Assembly (NCBI GenBank): GCA_963717935.1
Contig: CAVQXP010000004.1
Span: 480,001-544,000, forward strand
Reading direction: 5' to 3'
DNA: 64,000 nt
Source of the DNA: Candidatus Eiseniibacteriota bacterium
GTDB taxonomy: Bacteria; Eisenbacteria; RBG-16-71-46
The position numbers and the translations under genes were made by a program. The notes below the pieces were generated by a model that searched no databases, had not been told where the DNA came from, and saw only the letters and a list, made by a program, of their open reading frames with translations. Below, piece by piece: positions 55,259-64,000 of this stretch; position 1 is the first letter of the stretch, and the number at the start of each line of letters is the position of its first letter.

Positions 55259-57869
55259 ATGAACGCTCGTCCCTTCTCTCCCCGCGCCGCGCTGCGCGTG
55301 CTCGGCATCGCGCTGGCCGTCGTGGCCGTCCTGGTGGCCGCGGCCTGGATCGCGCTCGCCGTGCTGCTCCCGCACGATCGCGTGCTGGCGCTCGTGCGCG
55401 CGCAACTGGCGGGATCGCTGCGCCGCGAGGCGCGGCTCGCCGACGTCGTCGGTACGGCTCTGGCCGCCCGTCCGGCTCGTGGCCCGCGGCTTCGAGCTGG
55501 CCGAGCCAGGGGGCTTCGCCCGGGGCGCGGCGGTGAAGGTGGGCGCCCTCGATCTGGATCTCGACGTGCTCCCGCTGCTCTCGCGGGGCGTCTCGTGGTG
55601 CGCAACCTCACGCTCGAGCGGCCGATCGCTGCACCTCGTGCTGCGAGCGGACGGGACCACGAACCTGGACAGCCTGCTCGCCGCCGCGCCGCCCTCCGGG
55701 CGCGCGGGCGTCCGCGGGCCCGCCCATGGACCTTGCCGTGCGCTCGTTCGTCGTTCGCGGGGGCGAGGTGCTGGTGGACGACCTGGGTGCGAGGCGGCGC
55801 ATCTTCCTCGGCCTGGACACGCGGCTTTCGCTGTCCGCCGCCGGCGGCCGGCGGTTCGCGACGAAGGGCCGGACGAGCCTCTCGCGGGTCGCGCTCGGGC
55901 CGCTCGCGGCGCGCGGGCCCGCCGATCTCGACCGGCGCTGGCGAAGCTCGTCTGGACCCTCGAGCACGACGGCCGCTTCGACGCGTGCGAGGAACACGCT
56001 CGAGCTCGAACGGCTCGCGCTCGGCCTCGGGCGGGCGCGGCTGACGCTCGCGGGCACGGTCGCGGACCCGGGACCGAAGGCCACGCTCGAGCTGCGCGCG
56101 AAGGGCGAGGGCCTGGATCTGGGCGACGTGCTCGGCTTCCTGGCCGTGGCCGACGCGCGCGCCCTGAATGGCGTCCGCGGCGGCGGACGCGCGGCCTTCG
56201 ACCTGCGCGTCACGGGACGCGCAGGCCCCGGAACGCTCCCCGCGCTCACCGGCACGCTCTCCGTCACGGGGGGCTCGTTCCGCTACCCGGGGGCCCCCGC
56301 GGGCGTGGACGGGCTCGCCTTCACCGCGCGCTTCGTCCCCGACCAGGTCACGGTGGACGATCTGCGCGCGCGCGTCGCCGGGCAACCGCTGCGCGCGCAG
56401 CTCGCCCTGAGCCGCTTCGCCGACCCCGAGACGCGCTTCGCCCTCGAGGGCGGGCTCGACCTGGCGGCGCTCTCGCAGTTGTTCGCCCCGAAGGACACGA
56501 AGCTCGCCGGGCGCGTCGACTTGAACGTGCGTGGCGGCGGGCGGCTCAAGGATCCGGGCTGGGATCGTGCTGGACGGCCGCGCCACGCTCGCCAACGCGA
56601 GCCTCGAGAGCCCGGCGCTGCCGAAGAGGGTGGAGGCCATCTCGGCTGCGTTCCAGCTCTCGCCCGAGCGCGCCACGGTGCGCGGCCTCACCGCGCGCGC
56701 CGGGCAGTCCTCATTCAACCTGCGACGCTTCGGTGACGCGCCCGCTGGCCCTCGCGGGCAAGCCCGGCGAGGTCGCGCCCGCGGGGCTCACGTTCACGCT
56801 CAGGTCGCCCTACCTCGACCTGGCGGAGCTGCTACCGCCCGGCCCGGGCGGCCCCCTCGCGCTCAACGCGAAGGGGGGTGGCCGGGTGGAGATCGCGCGG
56901 TTGCGCAACGGGAAGCTCGATGTCGAGGACGTGGTCGCGAACGTGGCGGTCGAGCCCGCGATCATCAGCGTGCCCTCGTTCGCACTGCGCGGCTATGGCG
57001 GCGCGGTGACGGGCAGTGCGCGCTTCGGCTTCCAGGACCCGGCCAACCCGAGCTTCGCCGTGAAGGGCCGCGCCGACACCGTCCAGGTGGACCGCTTCCT
57101 CTCGGCCTGGAGTCCGGCGCGGGCGGTCGTGACCGGCGTGGCCAGCACGAACTTCGATTTCTCCGGTGAAGGCGTGCAGCCGGAGCAGCTCAAGACGTCG
57201 CTCACCGCGCTCGGGCTGGCGCTGCTGGCCGATGGCCGGCTCGGTGGGCCGGTGATGGAGGCCATCGCCCAGGCCACGCGTGCGCCCGCCCTGCGCGAAG
57301 TGCGCTTCCACGACCTCAAGCTTCCGTTCCGCGTCGAGCGTGGTCGCGTGGTCACCGACTCGGTGCGCTTCGGCGGCGGCTCGGGCGAGTGGCTGGTCTC
57401 GGGGCTCGTGGGCTTCGACGGCGCGCTCGACTACGCCGTGAGCGCGACCCTGCCGCCGGAGGTCCTGGGCCACGGCGGGGTGCAGAGCGCGCTGGCGGCC
57501 GGGTTGCTGAGCGACGAGCGCGGCCGCCTGTTGCTCGACCTGCGCGTGACCGGCAACGCGAAGGCTCCGCGCGTGGCGCTGAACTCGCAGGTCATGCGGG
57601 ACCGGCTTGCCGGGAAGGCGTCGAACCTGCTGCGCGAGCAGCGCGCGCGATTGGGCGAGACGCTGCTGCGCTCGAGTGGTCTCGCGCCACGGGACAGCGG
57701 CGCGGCGGAAGGCGCGCAGGGGCGCGCGCCGCGGCCCGACACGAAGGCGCTCGGCAAGGAGGTGCAGAAGCAGGGCGAGGATCTGCTCCGGGGGTTCTTC
57801 GGCGGGAAGAAGAAGGCGCCGCCGGCGGTCGCGCCGGCTCCGGCGCCGGCGGACACGGGGGGGAAGTAG
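55259..57869 (+). CDS. AsmA family protein (frameshifted)
   Basis: N-terminal TM anchor; long beta-rich body; C-terminal 'F.VERGRV', 'G.VGFDG.LDY', 'LRVTG....PRV'. Confidence 0.8.
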
Positions 57870-57899
57870 CGCGTCGCCGGTCCAGCGGCCGTGCGGGCC

Positions 57900-59873
57900 T
57901 CAGGCTGGCCCGGCCGCGCGCGCCGGCTCGCCGACGCGCTCCAACTCCTCGAGCCAGACCCGCAGCAACTCGGCTGCGGCGAGCGTCGAGGCTGGATCGC
58001 CGGCAGGCTCGACGCTCGAACCGTCCGCGCTCACCCGCAGCGTCGCCGGCACGTGGCCGGCGGCGCGCGCCGCGGCCCGCGCGGCCTCGACCCAGCCCCG
58101 CGCGCGCGCCTGTGCGTCGGCGCTGCGGTGATGAACGCGCAGGTACGCGGTCACGAAGGCGCCCAGCGCCGCGGTCGAGACGCGCTCGCTGCCGGGCGAT
58201 TCACGCAGGCCCCAGGGCGTGAGCAGCTCGCGCTCGAGCGTGGCGACGAGGCGCTGGGCGCGCGCGGGCGGCAGCAGCGCGGGCGGCAGGCTCACCGCCA
58301 GCGCCTGGGAGGGCGAGAGGCCGCGCACCGCGCCGCCGGGCGCGAGGGCCTCGTACAACCGGTCGTTCTCGTCGTCCCAGAAGGCGTCGCCGAAGAGCTT
58401 CTGATGCTCGTGCGCCCACGCCAGATAGAAGGCGCCGGTCTCCTTGTGCGAGAGCAGGCGCGACAACTGCGCCATCGCCACCAGCGCGTGGTACCAGAGC
58501 GCGTTCAGATCCGCCCGCCTCACGCCGTCCACGGCGAGCAGGCCCTCGGCGTCCACGCGCACTCCGTGCCGCGTGCCCTGCCGGAGCGCCTGCATCACGC
58601 CCTCGAGCGCCGGATAGAGCGTCTCCGAGAGGAATGCGCCGTCGGCGCTGCGCCGCGCGTAGAGATCGGCGCCAGCCACGAGCCAGAGCGAGGGCGCGGG
58701 GCTGCCATAGCGCGGCCGTCCGTCCGCGGCGTCGAACGCCTCGGGGGCCAGGCCCTCGTCGAGGTACTCGACGTAGCCGCGCAGGACATCGCGCGCGAGC
58801 TCGAACCCGCGCAGACTCACGAGGGCCTGCACGGCCTGCAGTGCGTCGGCGCCCCGCTCCTCGCCGTGTGGCAACGTGGCGGCCAGCGTACGACGGTGGC
58901 CGCGGCGCACGAGTCCGGCGCGGAGCGCGAGCGCGAGATCCACGGCGACTCGATCGTGCTCGTCCACGAGCGGCTCGCGCCGGCGAGCGACCCCGGCGGC
59001 TGGACCGCCGTGCGCCGCGGCCGCCTGCCGGGCGGTGAAGTCCGCGCCCGCGATCGCCGTGTGCCGCCAGCGGTCGAGGCGTGCGCGCTCGCCCCGATCG
59101 AGCTCGGCCACGCAGTCGGCGAGCGTACGTGGTGGCGGCGCGCCCAGGCGCCCCGCGGCGGCCAGGGTCTTGAAGAGGGCGACCTCGGCGGCGAAGACCA
59201 GGTGGAAGGCGCGTCCCGGCGCAAGCAGCCCCTCCGCATGGCCCGGCACCAGCGCGTCCTCGCGCGCGCCGGCGGCCTCGTCGCCGGGGTACTCGAGGCC
59301 CCGCACCCAGACGCGCGCGGGCAGGAAGGTGCCGTTGTGCCAGAGCGTCAGCGTCGGCGCCCACGAGGCGAGCTCGATGCGCACGCGGCCCGGGATGCCG
59401 TGGATGGCGCCGAGGAGCCGTGCGCCCTGGCGCGCCGGCTGGTCGAGACCGCGCGCCACGCACAGCGGGCTCGCCGCGAGGTGCACGGCGGGGCCGGAGA
59501 GGTGCTGATAGCGGACGACCACGGCGTCGTGGCCCGAGAGCGCGAAGAGCGACTTCTCGATCACCGTGCCAGCCACGCTCCAGCGCCAGGTGGGCCACGG
59601 ATCGAGCCGGAACCCCTCGAGCCGGACCTGGCCCCGCGCCCGGCGGCGCTGGCTGGCGAGCTCGAAGCTTCCGGCTTCGCCGCTCACGCGCTCGTCGAGT
59701 CGGAGCAGAAGCGCGGTCGGCCGCCCGAGAGCGCCCGCGACCAGCAGCGCCTGCGAGCTGCGCGCGGGCGCGCCCGAGGCGCCGCCCGAACACGATCCGC
59801 CGAGTCCGTTCGCGAGCAGCCACTCGGCCGCCACGGTCGTCGAGCCTGAAAGGACATCCTGTCCAGGGCGCAT
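57900..59873 (-). CDS. Glycogen-debranching enzyme (amylo-alpha-1,6-glucosidase)-like protein with degenerate motifs
   Basis: N-terminal 'EWLLANGLGG'; 'NALWY.AL', 'F...FW', 'LLTPWGLR'. Confidence 0.75.
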   Translation of the reverse strand: MRPGQDVLSGSTTVAAEWLLANGLGGSCSGGASGAPARSSQALLVAGALGRPTALLLRLDERVSGEAGSFELASQRRRARGQVRLEGFRLDPWPTWRWSVAGTVIEKSLFALSGHDAVVVRYQHLSGPAVHLAASPLCVARGLDQPARQGARLLGAIHGIPGRVRIELASWAPTLTLWHNGTFLPARVWVRGLEYPGDEAAGAREDALVPGHAEGLLAPGRAFHLVFAAEVALFKTLAAAGRLGAPPPRTLADCVAELDRGERARLDRWRHTAIAGADFTARQAAAAHGGPAAGVARRREPLVDEHDRVAVDLALALRAGLVRRGHRRTLAATLPHGEERGADALQAVQALVSLRGFELARDVLRGYVEYLDEGLAPEAFDAADGRPRYGSPAPSLWLVAGADLYARRSADGAFLSETLYPALEGVMQALRQGTRHGVRVDAEGLLAVDGVRRADLNALWYHALVAMAQLSRLLSHKETGAFYLAWAHEHQKLFGDAFWDDENDRLYEALAPGGAVRGLSPSQALAVSLPPALLPPARAQRLVATLERELLTPWGLRESPGSERVSTAALGAFVTAYLRVHHRSADAQARARGWVEAARAAARAAGHVPATLRVSADGSSVEPAGDPASTLAAAELLRVWLEELERVGEPARAAGPA

Positions 59874-59914
59874 GACGCAGGAAGATAACGGGTTGCTGCG
59901 CAGGGACAAAACAT

Positions 59915-60059
59915 GGCCGGGGCAGCAGGAGGCCTTCCGCGAACGTCGCAGGGTCGTGATTCGGCCAGGATGGCCGAATCACGACATTGCGGAGGCGACA
60001 AGCGGCGCCAGGATGGCGCCGCAAGCCGGGTTCGCGGAAGGCCTCCTGCTGCCCCGGCC
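59915..60059. mobile_element. 145-bp MITE/REP-like cruciform element with perfect 30-bp terminal inverted repeats
   Basis: 59915-44 is the exact reverse complement of 60030-59; two internal hairpins, both with CCA-GGA-TGG apices. Confidence 0.6.
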
Positions 60060-60189
60060 GTCCGCGGTGGCTACATCGCGCCGGCCGTCCGCGGTGGCTA
60101 CATCGCGCCGGCCGTCCGCGGTGGCTACATCGCGCCGGCCGTCCGCGGTGGCTACATCGCGCCGGCCGTCCGCAGTGGCTACAGCCGCG
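60054..60189. repeat. 27-bp tandem repeat (4 identical copies plus 1 variant)
   Basis: Unit CCGGCCGTCCGCGGTGGCTACATCGCG at 60054, 60081, 60108 and 60135; the variant at 60162 contains the stop codon of the adjacent gene. Confidence 0.95.
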
Positions 60190-61354
60190 CCGGCCGGCGG
60201 ATCACGCCGGAGAGCGGCGCCAGGTCCACGCCGCCCAGCCGCTTCGCCGTCGTCGCGCGCCCGAGCCATTCGCGCGCCTGCGGCGTGGCGCGCACCCAGA
60301 CCACCGCGTGCCCCCGCGCCCGGGCTCGCCCGAGGATCTCGCCCCAGCGCCGGTCCAGCGCCTTCGCCGTCTTCGCGCGCGCTTCGGCGTCGAGCACGGC
60401 ATCCGGCTCGTCGTAGATCACACCCATCTCCGCCGCCAGCGGCCGGCACACCGCGCCCGCGGCGGGCAGCAGGTGGATGAACGGCAGATGCCGGCGCCGC
60501 AACTCACGGTAGACCGCGCCCATCAGCGTCATGTCCTGGGTGGCGAGCGAGCCCATGTGGTTCGCGACCCCCACCACCGGGCCCGCCTGGTCCAGCCAGC
60601 GCCGCATGGTGCCCGTCACGCGGTCCGGCTTCGCCGTGACCAGCAGAGTCCCCGGCCCGGGGTTGAGTTGCGGATAATTGACCGGCTCGAGCGGGATGTG
60701 GAGCACGACCTCGCGGCCCTTTTCGTGCGCCGCACGGAACATCGCGCCGCTCGCCCCGGCGTCCGGTGCGAGCGCGACGGCGAAGGGCAACGGCAGGTCG
60801 AAGGTGCGTCTCGCCCCGTCCAGGTCGTCGCCGAAACCGAAGAGCACGAGCGCAAGCCGGGGCGCCGGGCGCTCGGACGGCGCTTCGGGGCGGACCCCGC
60901 GCACCAGCAGCACCTCGTGCAGGCCGCGCTTCGGCAGGCCCAGGAGCAGCGTCAGGCGCACCTCTCCGTGCGGGCCCACGGTCTCGCGTCCGCCCAGCAC
61001 CACCCCGCCCAGCTTCTCGACGCGGCGGCTCACCGCGTAGTTCACCTGGAGCAGGGAAGCGTCGGAACGGAGCCCCACACGCCAGCGTGCGGCGCCCGGG
61101 CCGCCGCGCCAGGCGTTCTCGTGCACGCTGTCGGCGGGGACTCCGGCGGCGGTGAGGCCGGCGCGGATCTCGCGCGCGAAGAGCGTGACCACGCGGGCGC
61201 GATCGCCGAGTCCCCAGCGCGCCAGCGCCACCTGTCCCCGGCCCGAGCGCGCCAGCACCCAGGCCTCGCCACCCAGGAAGAGCAGCAATGCGGAGACGGC
61301 GAGCACGATGAGCGTGCGCGTCGGGGCGGGTGATCGGCGCTTGCTTCTGGGCAT
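60179..61354 (-). CDS. Divergent polysaccharide deacetylase (YibQ/DUF610) family protein
   Basis: N-terminal TM; 'EVVLHIPLEP..YP..NPGPG.L', 'GVANHMGS..T'. Confidence 0.85.
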   Translation of the reverse strand: MPRSKRRSPAPTRTLIVLAVSALLLFLGGEAWVLARSGRGQVALARWGLGDRARVVTLFAREIRAGLTAAGVPADSVHENAWRGGPGAARWRVGLRSDASLLQVNYAVSRRVEKLGGVVLGGRETVGPHGEVRLTLLLGLPKRGLHEVLLVRGVRPEAPSERPAPRLALVLFGFGDDLDGARRTFDLPLPFAVALAPDAGASGAMFRAAHEKGREVVLHIPLEPVNYPQLNPGPGTLLVTAKPDRVTGTMRRWLDQAGPVVGVANHMGSLATQDMTLMGAVYRELRRRHLPFIHLLPAAGAVCRPLAAEMGVIYDEPDAVLDAEARAKTAKALDRRWGEILGRARARGHAVVWVRATPQAREWLGRATTAKRLGGVDLAPLSGVIRRPARL

Positions 61355-61590
61355 GGCGGGGGGGACGAGCGCCACGTTACGGAGGTGACCCGGATTCGTC
61401 AATGAGACGGTGGAATGCCGCCCGGGGGGCTCGCCGGGGGCGTGGGCCCACGGTGGATTTGCAGTTGTGTGACACCGCGAGCCGCGGCCCGGTGCCACGC
61501 TTCAGGTGAAGTCGTCTGGGGGTCCCTCGCCGTGCCCGTGCCCCGGGCCGGACCCGCGGTGGACCCCTTCGACCCCGAAAGGCACGCATC

Positions 61591-62228
61591 ATGAAGAACC
61601 GACACCTCCTGCTCGCCGCGATCGTCGTGCTGGCGGCCGGGGCCTGGACGACGACGCGGGCCGGCGAGCCGGTTCGGGGCGCCCGGCTGGACGCGGTCGT
61701 GGCGGTCGCGCCGGGGGGGGTAGCGGGGTGGGGGCCGTCCCGGCCGGCATGGACCGCTGCTGCCCGCACCGCCTGACGCGGGTGGGGATCGTGCGCACGG
61801 GCGGCATCTCCGGAACTCCGCCCGGGAGCGCGGGGACCCCCGCGCTCGAGCCCTGCGACGCCTGCGATGACTGGGAGATCTGCGCGCGCGCACTGGAGGG
61901 CGTCGGGGCCAGCATGCAGGTGATGCCCCTGCGCAACGGGGTCATGCGCGTCTTCACCGCCGCCACGCCTGCGGGGGTGCGGGTGGTGCAGGCCGCGCTG
62001 GCACTCCACTACGAACGCATGAGCGGGCTGATCGCGACGGGCGAGGCCGTCCGTCTTTGCACTGCGTGCCGGGTCATGCGGGGCGCCGCGGCCAGCGGGC
62101 AGCTGGCGCGGGAGATCATCAAGATCGACGGCGGCTGCATCACGCTCACGACCTCGGCCGATACCGCCATCGTGACGAAGATCCACGCCGAGGCCGGGAT
62201 CCCGACCCCGGTCCGGCTGAAGCTCTGA
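61591..62228 (+). CDS. Secreted Cys-rich hypothetical protein (frameshift near 61720)
   Basis: Signal peptide MKNRHLLLAAIVVLAAGA; body has CC, CDAC and CTAC motifs and two similar halves. Confidence 0.65.
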
Positions 62229-62352
62229 GACCGACCGGCCCGCCGTGGAGGCAGGCTCCGGCAAGCAGGTGCGGGGCGTGACGGCCGGCGCCCGACTCCC
62301 CCTGTGTCCCGGGCGTTGCCGCGCCGGGGCCCAGGGGCTACGCTGGTAGGCC

Positions 62353-63950
62353 ATGGCCGCCCCCTCGCTCGGTGCCCGCGTGAGCCGGCGCGCACTCATC
62401 CTCGTCGGTCTCGGGGTGGCGCTTCCTGCCACCCTGCTCGCCGGCCTCGGCATCTACCTGACGCTGCGCATCGCCCACGCGGTCGAGGACGAGAGCGCGC
62501 GCTACAACAGCTACATCGCCAAGCAGGTCGGCGAGACGTTCGAGCGCGAGCTGCTCGGAGAGCTCCGGCGCGCCATCCCGCCCGCCGAGACCGCGGCCCG
62601 CTCCGGCGCCGACGCGGCGGCCGTGCTCGAGGCGCTGCGGACCGGCACGCGCGAGTTCTCCGACCCCGCATTTCCTGCCCGAGACCGAGTTGCCCGGCAC
62701 CACGGGCCTCATCGTCGAGTCCACGGCGCTGCTCTACGTCCGCGGCGAGGGGGCGCGCAAGGTCCGCACGTTCGCCGGCCTGCTGCTGCACGGCCCGACA
62801 GGGTGAGGTGCTGGGGGCGGGCGGCTGGTGGTTCGAGCCGCGCCGCTTCCTGCTCGCGCACTTCGAGGGGGTGGTCCAGGACCGGCTCCCGGAGAACCCG
62901 CGGCTCTACGGCGGCATCGTGTCCACGCGTCGCCTGAGCGTGGCTCTGCTCGGGCCCTTCGGCGAGGAGTTGCTGCGCGTGCGCCAGCCGGGCCATGCCC
63001 GCAGCGCGCGGATCGAGCCCCTGGGCGGGCCGTTCGAGGGCTACGCCGTCCGCGTCGCCCCCGCGGTGGGAGCGCCCGCGGTCTGGGTCACGCGCTTCTT
63101 CGGGCTCATGATCGCCTTCATCGGGCTCATGGGCCTGGCGACCGTGGTGGCCGCGCTGGCCGGACTGAGGTACGCCTCCCGGCAGCTCGAGCTGGCCCAG
63201 CTCAAGTCGAGCTTCGTCTCGAACGTGACCCACGAGCTGAAGACGCCCATCGCGCTCATCCGTCTGGCCGCCGAGACCCTCGAGTTGCGCCGGTTCTCGA
63301 CCCCGGAGGAGGGCCAGGCCTTCCTGGACAGCATCGTGCGCGAGACCGTCCGGCTCCAGCAACTGGTGGACAACATCCTGGATTTCGCCCGGCTCGAGGC
63401 CGGCCAGACGGTCTTCCGCTTCGAAGCAGTAGACCTGCCCGCCGTTGTGAGGGAGACTGTCGACGATTTCCGGCCGCGGCTCGAACAGCAGGGGTTCCAG
63501 ATCGAGCTCGATCTGCCGGAGGGCCTGCCGCCGGTGCGGGGCGACGCCGTCATGCTCCAGCACTGCATGTTCAACCTGCTCGACAACGCGCTCAAGTACT
63601 CCCGCACGCGGCGCGAGGTGAAGGTGTCGGTCGAGGCGCGCGACGGAGCCGTGGCCGCCTCGGTCGCGGACCACGGCATCGGCATCGTGCCGGCGGACCA
63701 GAAGCGCATCTTCGAGAAGTTCGTCCGAGTGGAGGCCGGGCTCGTCCACGACGTGAAGGGCGCGGGCCTTGGATTGTCACTGGTGCAGCAGATCGTGCGC
63801 GCGCACGGCGGGCGCGTGGAACTCCAGAGCAGCCCGGGCGAGGGCAGCACCTTCACGATGGTGCTGCCCTGCGCGGACGGGACCGAGGCCCCCCGCCGGG
63901 GTGCCCGGAACGCACGACCGACGGATCCGGGAAGGGAGACGGTGTCATGA
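62353..63950 (+). CDS. Membrane sensor histidine kinase (frameshifted)
   Basis: Two TM helices; H-box VTHELKTP; NLLDNALKY, DHGIGI, IFEKF, GAGLGL. Confidence 0.92.
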
Positions 63951-64000
63951 AGAGAGTCCTGATCGTGGAGGACGAGGAGGGCCTGCTCGAGGGCCTGGCC
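63947..64000 (+). CDS. Response regulator, 5' end only (runs off window)
   Basis: ATGA overlap with the kinase; MKRVLIVEDEEGL. Confidence 0.85.
   Translation, partial: MKRVLIVEDEEGLLEGLA

Noticed and set aside
60054..60189. Possible CRISPR array
   Set aside because: Units are directly adjacent with no unique spacers, and there are no cas genes in the window.

Overview
Very GC-rich bacterial chromosomal window that spans the replication origin (dnaA-oriC-dnaN-dciA-gyrB-[OMP]-gyrA). It also carries housekeeping and envelope genes: two ABC exporters, pabABC-like genes, nadE, a very long GreA, an atypical Rho, EF-P, groESL, a sigma54 activator, an HDAC, thiL, ogt, OmpA, AsmA and a two-component pair. 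Beta-barrel, OmpA and AsmA genes indicate a diderm. A Candidatus Eisenbacteria-like lineage is my impression from gene style only and is unverified. Many genes, including groES, groEL, gyrA and gyrB, are broken by single-base frameshifts, which most likely reflects long-read indel error. I saw no rRNA, tRNA, CRISPR array, transposase, integrase or phage genes. The most unusual signals are non-coding: five intergenic islands, four preceded by a sigma70-like promoter and one by a weaker one, that fold by eye into multi-helix RNAs I cannot assign to a known family (~4440-4712, ~10830-11070, ~16705-16870, ~27700-28160, ~45487-45712). The last lies divergent from a catalytically dead CI/LexA-like regulator and shares a palindromic operator-like site with it. 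There is also a 145-bp cruciform element with perfect 30-bp inverted repeats and CCAGGATGG loops. Several proteins are rewired: a Rho lacking its OB-fold RNA-binding domain, a sigma54 activator with GAFAGA and a Glu phosphoacceptor, EF-P with a PGNW loop, and GyrA lacking Ser83/Asp87. All structures and family calls were made by eye, with no folding or database searches run.
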